NCBI GenBank assembly: GCA_051294905.1
Contig: CM119372.1
Coordinates: 17,858,001 to 17,922,000, forward strand
Length of the DNA stretch: 64,000 bases
Source: Botryllus schlosseri
Taxonomy: Eukaryota
Direction: 5' to 3'
A program made the translations under genes and the position numbers. The notes under the pieces were generated by a model. That model did not search any database and was not told the origin of the DNA. It saw only the letters and a list, made by a program, of their open reading frames with translations. Of the stretch, positions 36,206 through 50,800 are shown in pieces. The first letter of the stretch is position 1. Every line of letters starts with the position of its first letter.

Positions 36206-36833
36206 TCGCCAAAGCTGTCTCGTTATAATATTGCAGCCATAGCGGACATTTGACTTTCCACGATTATAGGTAGATATATTTTGAAATTCATCAAAGAATG
36301 ATTAGATATCAGAGCACTGGAGCAGTGTAGCCTAATCTGGGTTTCTATCATTGTCCCAATAAGTAGGCCCAATAAGTTCATGTCATTGCCAAAGTCAAAT
36401 AAATTAGCGTTTGATTGGCCTTCGCGTGGTGGAACAGATCAATAATAACTTAATTATAACAATTATTGTGCCATAGTAATAGCAGAGTTCCTTAAAAATT
36501 TTAGCGAATGTAGTCCTTGTGCTTATAATAAGATTTCTCGTACCCCTATCCAGTGTCCATTTCCAACACGATTTCTGATGGTAGCCTACTTATATTAAAT
36601 CAAAAAGCCTATATTCACATAAAACCGCGCGTAGCGCGAAGAATAATTTTCTTATGAATAAATTGGCCCAGAAAATATTCCAATTTTTGTTTGTTTTAGC
36701 AAAATAATTTTAAGCTAACATAGGCCTATTTAAAAAATGCATTTCGTACGCCTGATGTGTTGCTTCGTACCCCGAAGGAGTCCACGCACCCCTGGTTGAG
36801 AACCCCTGAAATATATAGGTCCAATCGCCGAAC

Positions 36834-37429
36834 CATAGTGTCCTATATGGTGTCGACACAGGCAAATCTCACGCCTCATTGAAATTGTATCACGTCATAA
36901 TTTCCATTTGGCTACAGGCAATTTGACGGTCATTTTTGACCGGCTTGCCGAGCATTAAATTTGGTAAAACAGGTATCAATCGAAAGCTGACTCTGCACTG
37001 ATTACGAAAATATAAATTTTATTCCGCTCGTGGCCCTGGAACTCCCACAATCAGCCTTGAATTTTTCATTGTTATGGAGATTGGCATTGGGACGCAACAA
37101 TGCTGAACAATGCTGTCTGAAACTTTTTCTCTTGAACTACTCTCTCGTTTCGCCAGACAGTATTGTTGCGTCTCAATGCCAATCTCCATAACAATGAAAA
37201 ATTCAAGGCTGATTGTGGGAGTTCCAGGGCCACGAGCGGAATAAAATTTATATTTTCGTAATCAGTGCAGAGTCAGCTTTCGATTGATACCCGTTTTACC
37301 AAATTTAATGCTCGGCAAGCCGGTCAAAAATGACCGTCAAATTGCCTGTAGCCAAATGGAAATTGTGACGTGAAACAATTTCACTGAGGCGTGAGATTTG
37401 CCTGTGTCGACACCATATAGGGCACTATG
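36834..37429. mobile_element. Foldback element, about 270-bp near-perfect inverted arms, 7-bp TSD (P/Galileo superfamily-like)
   Basis: Termini CATAGTG...CACTATG; gccgaac on both sides (36827-36833 and 37430-37436); the arms are reverse complements with few mismatches. Confidence 0.9.
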
Positions 37430-39070
37430 GCCGAACAATATACTGCTAGAGTTACCGCTGAGGGGCATATAACTACCTTGCTCACCACCGGCGATATTAA
37501 CATGGATAAAGAGACCAGAGATCACCCAGAATGTGACCGAATTCAATTGATTATACGAACGGTTATGTCCAAGACCAAATCACAATTTCTATTCCCGAAT
37601 CATCAACGGGTCATGTTTATTATCAAGAACAAGAAATGTGACATAATAGCTGAGTGATGTGATAGTGAAGTTTGATCTGTTTTCGGGTCTTTGGAGTAGT
37701 TTTGGAGCAGTGATATATATACATTATACAATGATTGGAAACTTCCACGCCTCTTAACGCTGTAAGATTCGTTCGCGGCGAAATCAGTCCTTAGCGGGAT
37801 ATGCTTGAGCGGAAGTACGGAATGGCGTTATGTCGACTGTGGGGGAGCGCTGCAATCGACCTTCCTGGCTTAATATTTCACCGATTTTCCCTAATTGGTT
37901 TAGTTTTAGTTGGTTTCGTGAGCATAGTGAGGCAGTACGGCATACTAAAATGTAACATAACTTTTAACGATGCACATTTATCAAAGTAGCGACTAGCTAC
38001 TAGGCATTTTAGCATCGGTGGAATACATGCATGTACGGTACAGCCTAAGAAATCAATAGATGCTGTGGGTGAGCGTCAAAATAGATGCAGAACCTGGAGG
38101 GATTGTTAAAAGAGGATTTGAAAATTTTCTGGCTTCATTTACGTCACCTGATTTATTAAAAGAGAAGCGTTCGTATATAGTTTACTAACCCGTAGGTTAT
38201 AGTTCGTAGTCAACCCAAGTACTTTTATATAGTATAGTATCAATATAGCGATAGTACCATCATAATATAAAACCAGAACTAACCGGAAACTATCATTGTA
38301 GGCTACAATGGTTGCTTAAATGATAATATATATAACTTTTTCCCGGTTAAGAACGTTGAATCCCTATCAATGATGAGAATCGGCATTGTTCCGAACTTTA
38401 TTGCATCGGCAAAACCAAGCACTAGAATTACATTGAGGATAATCACTCCATGTTTGGTATTATTCACATCAACCTGGCGTGATATGTTGTGCTCCTCTCA
38501 ATAGCTGGTTGCGTCAGCATGGCGAGGTAATGTTTCACACCGGGGTGGGCGAAAACCTCTACCAACGCCCACTTTGCCGATTTGTGCCGGCTTGGATTGA
38601 TACTAGTTAGATCAATTGGTGGGGGGAAAAATAGTCTTGATAAAAGATTATGCATATTATCCGAGTGCTAGAGGCGAGGAGATGAGAGCTACAATGCGAT
38701 ATGTGGATTATTTTGTTTGTCTTGTGAATATGACAACCAAGTCCAGCTTCAACAGCCATTTTAAGCCATATTGCATTACAAATGATTATTGCTACACCTG
38801 CATACTAGATGGTAAAATATTTCTTGGCGCTACTGCAAAACTGGAGATATTCTTATGCCGCAGAAACGGCAACCCCCAAATCAACGAAACTCGTGAGCAG
38901 GGAAATTTATCAAGGCGATAAGAAAACAACAGCAATAATATATTTGATACAGACATTTTTGTCAATCCATCCAGCGAACCTCATTATCACCGAGAGATTG
39001 AGTCTGGATCCATTATTGGGATAATTTTTGCCTTGTCAGATTTGTTTTTTATTACGTGACAAGAAACATT

Positions 39071-40638
39071 AGGCCCATTTACATGACGGTTTAAGTCAGC
39101 TTCGAAGCTGACTCGTCGATCCGACTCTCTCGTATTCGATGAAGAGAGAAAGGCAAACTGCCCCAAGTCGACTCGAGCCTCAAGCTGTCGTGTAATGTGG
39201 TTTACGATCGGCTTGAGTATTCGGCCATCGACGGCGCTGGTTTTTCCCGCGCGGGCCCTTGGCATCGTAATTCATGCTTTTCATCTGTTGTTGAGAAATT
39301 GGCCAAACATGGCAAGGAAAAGTGGGGTTACTTTGTAAGTGCTCGCTTGTTTACGATGGAATACATGTAATTCACCAGTACCGGTGTAGCAACCTTGCTC
39401 TTTTATGACAGTTTTATTAGCGATTCCCTATGTGTTCTTTGATATTTGACTGCGACGCTTCGATCTGTAGTAGCCTAGTTGCTGTCATCAGCTACATAAA
39501 ATGGCAAACAAGGTAAAACGTTACATCTGTATTTCTGCTTCTCAGACTGCAGTTGTGAAGGTATGTGGATTGTACCGGTATTACAATTCGACAACGACAT
39601 GCATGGTGAACTATGCAGTGTGCTACATCGATACGGGAATACATGAACGATTGCTGCATTTCGTAGATATACTGTTCCACTGGCTAAACTGATGTGAGCG
39701 CGCGTGTGATGGGGTGGAGCTGATGTCTCTCCCGGGAGGATGAAATGGAGATTTGTGACTCTCCTGGTGATGATGAAGCGCAGCGGTGTTGGGATTATTG
39801 CTTTGTATTTAGTTCTGGGTTATAGTGTTCTGCTGATATGATGCGGTCGTGCGGGTGTTCACAATTTCAGCTTGCATTTTTAATATTGTTGGTTTTGAGA
39901 TTGTATTCATGGTAGCCTATGCGTTTGTTGTGAGGGTGCTGAAATAGGCACTTCTCAGAGTTTAATTGGTGGGTAGCAGTTTAGTAGTAGTGCTCTTTAT
40001 GACAGTTTTTATAGACATTTTTGGTATTGTTGACTTCCTATTTGGTATATCATGCCGACAAGATGCTTCAATAAAGTCTCTGCAGTAGTTGCTGTCGTGA
40101 CTCTTGAGTCACCAGCATACATAGGGTAGTCTGTTACAGAGGAGCGGCCGAACAACTCAGAGGCCACATGGGGTTTTCAAGTGGGTCACTTGAGTGTTAA
40201 TGACCTTATTTTAATCGCATGCCTGAAATATCAAAACAGTAGTTACTCCCGCCTACTCCACGGCCCATCTTCGTTGACACCGAAAAAGCTAGCTGATAAC
40301 TTATACTTGTTGTTTTCCTGTACAATCATGATATGAACATGATTATTTTCCTCTACAAATATCCATCTTATGAGTATCTCATCATCCTCGTAAATTTCGA
40401 TGATAAGAAACGTTTCAGAGTACGACCAAACACACATTGTCGTTGTACCTTTGCCCACCCCACCAGACTTACTACGAATATTAATTTGTAAGAGGTAAAG
40501 CGACACCCGGTCGTCCACTGTACAGCTTCCAGATGGATCATGTAAACAGGGCCCTTTTACGAGTCAGCTCAGAGATGAGGCGTGACGTCACCGGAGACGA
40601 CTTGAACGCCAAGTCGAGTCGAACATGTAACCAGGCCT
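39071..40638 (-). mobile_element. Probable decayed PIF/Harbinger-like element
   Basis: Ends aggcccatttacatg and catgtaaccaggcct (second candidate end catgtaaacagggcc at about 40555); the minus-strand peptide VWSYSETFLIIEIYEDDEIL resembles a Myb/SANT-like first helix. Confidence 0.45.
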
Positions 40639-41890
40639 ATTGACGTTATCAACTATTAGGCACAGTTATCCGATTGGTCATGATATCACTGCTCAGTTTC
40701 ATAAATTGCAACAAAAATAGATGGATATTGCACGTAGTACATTAATTGAATGGTTCATATTGCTCTTGCTACATATTTACTTGACTTAAATCCTTTCCGT
40801 TGACTAAGATTTTGGTTCTTGTTATTCTGAATTTTGATAACAAGAAATTCTGGCATAGTAACAAAAGATGTTTTCTGGTACGTTAGTAATGTGTTATGCA
40901 GTTTTTAAGTGTTAAAGTAAATGAAATATCTACACCCTGCATGAAATTCTCAATGATATTGTGGTGTTGGTATCCTCATTGAAATTTAGTAACAACTAGT
41001 ATCAGCGCATTTAAGAGTCCATGAAGACGTGAGGTATTTAAGGTGTTTGAAATCCTGCTTCTGTAATAGGCTTACCCACGCGACGAGACATTGTTATGAC
41101 GCTCGGATTTGATCAACTTCTCCCATGATCACCTTGACTGTTGAAGGAATCGATGGTGATGTGTAAGTCTTGAAATTTGTTGAGTGAAGGGGAATGTTGG
41201 ACTGTCTCTATTCCGTCCACTTCTTGGAAGTCACCATCTTTCAAGTCAACTATACCTGTAAGCGTTGACAAACTGGAGGACAATATAAATGACTAATACG
41301 TTGTGAACAATCATTTATCAATCATTGGCTGTGCACAAGTCTATCAAACCTGAAATGGACAGGAACTTTCTAACCTATTGTGAGTCCCTCTTGCGCAGTA
41401 GTGGTCAAAACCGGCACAGTGCGTACTCATTTCACCATGAACAGAGGTCAGGATAGAAACTTTCCACTGCGGTAACGCTAGATCCCAAAGAAAACTTGCC
41501 AACTAACCCTTTTTTACAAAATAACCATAACTCCGGTGAAGCATGACTCGCGAGCGCTCAAACACAGAGCTCACTGAAGTTTCCAATCATTGTATATATA
41601 TTATACATCATTGCCCGTATCCGACAAATCTCGTCCAAGAATCTGTGAGATAGGTCAGGGATTTCTAAAACTTTTAGAAACTTTTAGAAATCCCTGGAGA
41701 TGGGCTCAAGAGAGGATTTACGACGCTTTCCTGCCCTCTACCGTCTGTTATTGTGACCATTCTCACAGCCTCGCGTTGTCATGACTACCGTAGAGGCTGC
41801 GATTCTGGACATGCATTGCGAAGTAGGCCTACATGTGAAGAATGCCAGACTTCGTTTCAATGGCCGATGAAATGTGTTGAAGAAAGCAAA

Positions 41891-44800
41891 ATGAACTCCA
41901 AAGAAAACAGCATTGCAATAGATGAAGAAACCTCATCCATGAAAGTCATGGAAAACGAAAATATCGCTCCGGAATCGCCTCCACCGGAAAAAGCGGAGTC
42001 CTCACCCTGCACAACAAATGAGTCTAAAGAAAAAGCGAAATCAGAACATCGTGTTGTTTTAACAGTTTCAACTGTGATTGCTTGTTCCAAAGGTGAGAAA
42101 CAATCGAAACACAATCCAACGGATTACGGTACCCAGCTTTTCTAAGATTATATATATTTTTTGTTTTGAAATCCCTCTCATACAGCAAATGGGCATAATT
42201 GATGGCACCGTAACCCTCTCACAGTCCCACCTGCCAATTATTCTCTCTGCCTATTGTTAAGTAGGAAAGATAGGACTTATGTGTTCCCCGTGACCACCGA
42301 AGGCTAGCGTTCTCCATGGTCACATGTAAATGTGTATTTGTATATCGGTGTCGGGTGTCGCTACGGGTCAAGGTCTATGCTTCACTCCACCCACTTACCC
42401 TGATATTTGAAATCATAATCGAGACAGCATGAATGTCTCAAAAATCACGTCCTATCGCATATAATGAATGCAATGCCATGGTTACAACACCAATACCTAT
42501 ACTGGTAAGCGGTAACTTGTAACCAAAATCAGAGTTGGTGATGAGCATCAATTAGGAGTCATGGGAAACACAACTATTCGGTGAACATGAGAATCACATT
42601 GATATGGTCTCTGGACCAATGACTTAGTGCTTGGTCGTGCCCAGACCCAAGTATCCTTGTCCGAAAACAAATGCCGCTGCCGCTTTTGATACGCCAATCG
42701 TGATCCGCAGGTTCCGATGAATATTGCAAGTTGATGGAAGAGCTTTCTAAGAAAAATAAGAGGACTCTAGAAGCACCGAAACCGCAACAGTTTTTCCATT
42801 GCGAATACAGCATCGTTCCTGGATGCGAACAAACGGTGGCTGACATCGTGTCGTACGGAATAGCCGCCAAAGTTTTTACTGCGGACAACGATGCTAAGGT
42901 GATCAAGACTTGGGATGACGGGGACAAGGTGTGGATTGCCTGGGTTAACAGGTGAGGCAGCTTGTGTGAGTTTGTCGAATTTCCCTCAATAAGTAGCACC
43001 AACTTCACTCGCTGCTTTGTCAATAGAACATAGGCCTACCACAGTTTGAGGATTCCAATAGGACTTGTTCATGTCAACGGCAAATTTCATTATATCTGTT
43101 TCATTACAATATCATAAAACAGTCCAGTGTGTCAAATTCTTTTTCGCTGAAATTTGATGGCAAAATCTCGCCTGGTTAATCAACTCTAGCGCAGCCTTGT
43201 GAGCACAGCAAATTTTGAATCACTGTGTCCTACCATACTAAACAATTTTGCGTGGATATATGATTGGTAAATGATTGGTTAGCAGGAAACATCTACAAAC
43301 AAAATGGTAATGTAATAAATATACTTGTAACAAAAACTGAACTGACTGCAAAACAAAAAACTGGACAACATTGCATAACAGCATTTGTTATCGGTTGTAT
43401 TTCCATTAAAACTATTCTCATATTTTGCAAATGAGAATTATACCTATTAGTCCATGGACCAGCAACATGTCTGCAGTATAATTATGTTGTGGTCAACTAT
43501 CTTTCTGTTGCAGCCACGAACTGTTGATTACAGAAGACAATATCATGGATCTGTACGGACATACTCTCGAATTCAAACTCTGGGACTCCAAAGATAAAGT
43601 GTCTGCCAAAGCGAGATTCGATCGACCGAAAGCCTTCAGACTTCCTACGAGCAAAGACGGCACACCCGGCAAAGGGGTGAGATGAAATCGAAGTAGCAAA
43701 ATATGCGTTGATAATCAAATAGAAGTAATGCCATACCTAATTACAAATGGAAGTAGTGATTTCCAATACATTTAAAACTACTTAGAGTTCAAGTAGAAGT
43801 TCAAATAGAAGTTCATCTAGAAAATGAAAGTATGGACAGTACTCCAGTAAACCATTTCAAAAGATAGATTTGTTTGAGGGGCGGAATGCTTTTAACAGTT
43901 AACCGGAGGCTGGTCTTCCGAAATTGTAGGGTCATCTTAGCAACCAACGTAGAATGACGAATGACAGTACAAATAGGCGCAAATTTCGAAAGTACGTTCA
44001 GTCATTGTGATACAGGAGATATTTAGGCGGTCCAATTTCACTCATAACTATTCGAAACCTACTTTCTACTACTTCAGGGGTCGCCAACTCAAAACAGGTC
44101 GCGAGCCACTTTTCAAATAACGAGGCTATGGGTCGCTGGCCGCAAGAATGCAAAATCGAAAATTGGCCACACAGTTTAGCAACAGCGTTTTAAAAACTGT
44201 ACGTTAGTACAACGTTCTGCTGTCTAACTTGTGCAACGGGCATGGTTACCACAAAAGAAGTTTTATTTTATTAAAGAAATACAAATAAAACAAAAATATC
44301 ATGAATAATGATTATTGCTTTCATTTTATTTGGAACTATGAGCTGCACACGACACCTGACAACGCTTTTCAGTCACCAAGGAATCGATATTGGGGCTAGT
44401 GCGACTCTGTACCTGCTAAAAGACTATCTACCCCTAAAGCTTGATCTTGTGGGGAATCACTAAGCCTTCTTCTTTGCGACTCGGTCTTTGCAGTGCCTGG
44501 GCCATTGCATGTCAAGACAATATTCCCAATTCCCGTTTATATTAGCTGATTCTCCCTCGATGGAATACTGTTGCCATCGCCGAAGCCGGTTCAGCTAGTG
44601 GTGAATAGTGATGTTGGGAGCGGGAGAATAATTTTTTTGAAACAGTAATCAATTTCAGCATTTCAAAATGCTTTACTTACCAGTAGCGTACTTCCAAATC
44701 TCAAATCAGACCTTGCGGGCTGCGTATTAGTGATCCCTGTACTACTCTCTACAAAACCCAAGCCATAAAAAGTAAGTAGTTTTGGACAAAAAATCTTTGC

Positions 44801-47800
44801 ATAGAAGTCGAAGCAGTCTAAAAAGATAACCACTTCAGTAAGTAGTGCAATAAAGCAAAACCTACTTGAGTAGTCAAAAAAAGTACAAGTACTTCATTAT
44901 GGAAATACGGACCACCTCTGCTTATTATATCACCTACAGTTGTCAACTGTTGATTTGTCAATTCAGGTTGCCAACATTGTAGCGAAACAGTCTCAAAGTT
45001 GGACTTCTTTGCAACCAAAAGGGTCATGCAATATTGAGGACGTAAACCCAAAACCGGTCGAGAAAGAGAGAGAGAAGTCGGCGCAAAAACCTCTGGAGAC
45101 GCCGCAACAGATAAAGTTAGTATGTTTATTTTAAAACCAAAATGAATCACTTTAATGTAGGAAAAAGGCCTGGGGTTTCCAACTATGGGCTATGATGCTG
45201 ATTTCATTGTAACATAGACTTAGCATAGTATACAGTTATATCATGTTTTTTATGAATACATAAGAGTGCAGCTGGTAAATATGAAAATATCAAGTGTCTT
45301 TATCATAACTACAAATCGACAACTTATGCAATTACTGTCTTTCACCACAATGGGGTTCGTGAGTCATGATTTTCACCCCTGTTGAATGTAAAGTCCAAAC
45401 CGCCCAACAGACTTGATATTGTAGCTGAGATACACTGCTCACTTTTATCGACCGCACCCAGAATTCAAAGACTGGTGGAAAAAATATAGCATCCTTCTTA
45501 TTTAAATTGAGTAAATTTTCATTTGCTTCGTTTCTTGTGGTGTTCAAACTTGGTGTTTTTGATTGAACGTTAAATGGCTGATGTCCTTTTTTACTTCTTT
45601 AGTGGGGCATGAAGTGAAACAAATGCTGTAAAATATCACTCAAGTAGAATCACATGTAATGTCTTCTAGGGCATACCAAAACTGCTTGACATGCAACTAT
45701 AAATGAGTGGTTTTAGAAGTAATTGAGGGAGTAATTTTGTCAAGTAGTTTTTGAAATAATGCCATCCTTACATTTTCATTGGCCTATCGTGACTTTTACG
45801 ATTTCTCAACAAATCTATGTAGCTTATGCTATAAATATGAATATGATAATATATGAATAGAAAATAATGCTACGAAATGCCACTATTTCAAAACTGTCTT
45901 TCTGAAACATGAGACGGTACAATATCAAGATGTTCCTTTCAACTACAATAGGCATGCTCTATCATTATTTCCTTTGCACAGGATTCATAGCTCTTTCGAA
46001 AGGCTTGCTGGGCTGGATATCGCCGATCAAGAGAAAAAGCGCATAAATGAATTGAAATTAAGACAGGTATGCATAAATGCATGTAAACGTTATAAATGAA
46101 TGGGGTATTATGCGAATAGCACAGAGGTATACTGGGCAGCTCGCAACTTATGGATGTTAGGAATACGGGTTGGGATATATCACATTACTGAACGTGAACG
46201 ATCATTAATTTTTGAAGAGCTTATTGGTAATGTTGGCAGCAATGCTGTTTAAGTCAACTCATTTGCATATTATTTCCTAGAAGTGTATCAGAACGAAAAG
46301 TTGGGATTTTTGTATAATTATAACAGAAATACATGTGTTAAGATATAGCTTATAACCTTCAATTATTAGCCTTAAATGAAAAATTACGTATTGGGTGACC
46401 CCTAACCCATCATCTGAAAGTCCATACCAGTGATTCCCAACCGCTGCTCCATGTAGCCTTCTTGCGGCTCTGATTGACCTCTAAATATGGCACAAAATAT
46501 AATTGACGACAGTTGTTGTCTGTTTCTATGAATAGTTATAGTCATTATCTGTATATGAATGCTAGAGATATTAGTTATGTCTAAAGCCGTCCGAGGCCGC
46601 TTCTGAAAACCGGGAAAGATAATAATTTTTGCAGACTAGCGTCAAGCGCATGGATTAATACCCGTCAGACAACGATATATCTCGAGTTCTGCTGGTCATA
46701 GACCTTTATATGTCGTCTCTGTGAAGAGTAAATTTCGACACAATTTTACTAACATCAAAATAACGGCTCATAGTCAAGTATAAACTGCAATAAGTCCAAT
46801 ATTACCCAGCGTATAATCCGCCGCTAACTTGTGCTTTAGCTGCTGGAATGTAGGAAGAGCTATCACATAACGACATAATAGTATGTTGTAGTAATGATAT
46901 GCATTTTCAGTTTATTTAAATGTATAGAGCTTGCCAATCCAAATTTTCGTTATAAGTAGCCTACCCGCGTGTTTTCATGCGGCTCCATACGTACTTTGAA
47001 GTTTGAAGTGCAGCTCAGACATCCAAAAAGGTTGGGAAGCACTGGTCTACACTGAATATAACGACAATAAATCACATTTTCCTTTCATTTTCCCACATCT
47101 TTCATCAATTTCTGTCAACTTATATCGTCCTCTGTTTCAGGCCAAATTCCGGAAACAATTGAACAAAATCATCCTTGAAAGTCAAAGTGAAAAGCAAGAA
47201 AGGTCAGAAGTCATCATTTTTAACAACGCGTTGACATTATAAACATTATAAAGTGTTTTTTGAGTGGATTCGCTCATTCTTCTCTGACATCAATTGCCAG
47301 CGGCAACCAGGATGTCACAGTGCGACGATGAGGCAGAGAGAGATAAATCTTTGTTTGTCAGCCGTTCACTTCAATAAGATAACTCACAAAATGCAATTGA
47401 ATGAAATATGATACACAGATAAGCAGAATATAGACGAGAGGCTTGATATAACACAGTCATCTAACCCGAGCCACCCACGCCAGCAGCATCTTACTGAAGA
47501 AGTCATAACTAGGGCGATTTTGTTTACCTAAAAACGGAAGATTTTGATTAATATCAAAATTTTGATTTTTTTTACCTAAAAGAACTGAATTTTGACCAAA
47601 TTTTAACCTCACGTATGCAAATTAGGTGTTTTCGCACATTATGTTAAAATTGCACTGCTCATCCTCATTTCTGGTTGGAACTGTATGTCATTACGAAGTA
47701 GTTTTGCCTGAAAAAACGTTTTTGGCTTAAAAACTGACAAATTTTAGACGAAAAAATAAGTATTTTAACGAATTCTGGCCCTATGAAGAATTCCAGTAGT

Positions 47801-50800
47801 TACATCACGTATCATTGTAGAAATAATACTTGGCTAAATTCTCGGGTAGAAAGTGTCCGTCCTTAGTAAGTAGCTTGCCAAGAACGGAGAAAGAACGTTC
47901 AACAGCAGCAGTTGTTGGCTGACAACACCGAAGTTGTGCTGGTGACACACCGTGTTGCTTCATTCTGACAATGTTGGCTACATCACTGTTTTTCATCATG
48001 CCCCTCTTGATATAAGAACCACGCAATGCCCAAACAGTCTTGCTTCAGTTAGGATATTGCAGTACCTTGACAATAAAATCATGTCAACTATTTGTTTCAT
48101 TTGACCGTTAATGATTCACAATGAGGAGACACTGGGCCGTCTGCAACGGTAGGCCTAAAAAGTAGGGTACAAGCTTTAAAATATTAAATGATAAGTTCCT
48201 CGACAGTGCAAAATCGTCGATACAAACGAAATACAGAAGTCAAAAAATCTGACGTTTTTTGACCTAACGCTACAATTTTGCCAAAACTTTGACAAATTTT
48301 GACATGTCAAAAAAATCGCCCTACTCGTTACACTCAAAATTTTAGATCAGTGGTTCTCAACCTTCACTAACCGGGAGAACTCTTATGCTAATGTCTGAGC
48401 CTTGTGCGAACCGCACATTTAAAGTAACGAAAACATCAAAACATGATTATCGCAAACAACAAAAAGATTATAATGAATATCAACTGCAAATCATTGTGAC
48501 TTCGGTTTCGATTTTAAACCCCAATCCCACCTGCGCAGTGACTGATAAGACCAGCGTGACATCACAAATCATAAGAGTCAGGTGTGTGTCTTGATCTTTG
48601 GCAATTCTCTATGACTGGCTCAGGGAAACCTTGGGGTTTATTTGAACTCCACTTAAGAATCACTGCTTCGGATTAAATAACGAACATACAAATGCAGATA
48701 GAAAAGGAAAATAATTAGATATTAAATAAATTAAATATGGTCTATGTGCGTTTGCAAATACAATTTCGCAGTAGCTCGATGATCAATTGTAATCGGTTAT
48801 TTTACAAGAATGAAAGAGCCGAAGAAAGTCGTCACGGACGCAACGCAGCTGAGAACAATCAACATACCGATCAAAATGGAGCTCTTATTTTCTGGTAATC
48901 CCATCAGATTTATTGTGTTTCTGCAGCTTACCTTGTCCCCCTACTCTGCGCCCAGGTCTGAAAGAGATCACCGCCAGGCTTGCAAACCCTACGGTGAACG
49001 TGGACGATATGTACGTCACGGTTTCCGTCGGGGGCAAGCTGATGCCCGACGCACTGCACCGGAAATTGAACCCGCTCGTGCTCACAGTGAAATCCGTGAA
49101 AGATTTGCCGGGGACCCCGGTCCCCCGAAACGTGTGAGTGGGCGGCTTTGTAGCTCAGTGTCGGGTTGGTGGGGAGGGCCGTCATGGCGAATATGTTTTG
49201 TGATGGATCTCCGAAAATCAGACCTTCCCTGAATTTTGAATTCAAAATGATTTCAGCGTAAGCCCTGCCTTTAAAATCATGAATAAGTGAAAAAATAGCC
49301 ACCCCCCAAAAAATAAGACGGGTTGTAGGCAATGTTCCCTCTAAGCTGCGCACGTGCGCAAATGCGCAGTGCTGACACGGTCTCTGCGCACAGAAAATCT
49401 AAGTTGCGCACAAAAAATTCGAAGTGATGACCTTTTTTTTAGCCGTTACGCACTGTTGTCCAAGGGTCTGCGCAGTGAATTGGTGAGTGTACGCAGACTC
49501 GTCAAAAATTAGAGGGAACATTGGTTGTAGGAGTTTTCAGCAAAAGATAATAGATGGAGAACTATGCACAGAGGTGGTCAGTAAAGAAGTACTTCTACAT
49601 TTTCGAAGTACCCGAGTCGGTTTTGCCCAATTGCACTATATCTTCAAGTGATTATGATATTAGATTACAGTAATTTTCTATGTATAATACTCCCCCATGT
49701 ATAATACGCACCCTGAAAATGGCATGTAGATTCTGGGAAAAGCCTGTACCGGTACCTATGTATAGTATGCACCCTGCATGAGCGGTACATGCGTAAATGT
49801 CGATTATACAAGCATGTTAACGAACTTGCGCGTATGTTAAGTTACCAGTGATGGATATGTTTGAGTATTAGCGGACATCGAAGGAATTATCTGTAAACGA
49901 TTGTAGATAGGTGCCAAAGCCTGCGAGGCCCGAGTTCAGGCCAGCGACGATATCTTGTGCACCAGGCCTATTGCAGATGCCATTGGTCAGGCCTCAGGTC
50001 AACGATTATATCGTGCGCACCAGGCCTATTGCAGATGCGATCGTTCAGGCCAGCGTAACCACTAACCAGGCCTGTTGCAGATACAACTTATTAGGCCAGC
50101 GATTATATCTTGTGCACCTGGCCTGTTGTAGATCCGATTGTTCAGGCCTGTTGTTGACGCGATATATCAGCGAGGATTGCACGCGTGTGCTGCAATCAAT
50201 GACCTAATTTCGTTCGAGTACAAATCGCAAACCAACTCAGCAAGAGATTGTGTGCTGTTGAGCAGCGCAGACGAATCTCGCTAATTGGCAACACGCTTCT
50301 CGCTAATTGACGGCGACCAACACTGATAATACGAATTACTGACTTTTTTTACATGCTTGGAAATTGCTACTTCCACTTGTCCTTGAGTATACATTCACGT
50401 CATTTCTTCTATTTCTACTTGAGTAACAACTATGAATAATTGTCACCTGTGCGTATGGTACGTACTTTCTATATTCTTTAGTCGCGAGACATTGTTCTAC
50501 TGCCTAATCTATTTTCAGTGTCAGGATGATTTAATATCGTGCCTGTTTCGGTATCTCAAAATGATGTGTTGGTTGGATAGGATTTTCTATAGGACCGTGT
50601 TTTATTGCTCGTTTTTGACGTTGGTATTAATTTTACCTCAATGCCTACGAAAGCTGAGTTACTACCCTCACAGTATCAGTTTTGTGCCATTTATGAGAAT
50701 AAAGGAAAGTCGAATACCGACTTGTAGTATCCAGAATTACTGGTCCTGATTGTACCAACATGTTCCTTGGACTATTTGTGTGCTCATTCATGCTTTGTTG

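Noticed and set aside
41076..41430. Selenoprotein reading of the two in-frame TGA codons
   Set aside because: No redox-motif context, no recognisable family and no SECIS identified.
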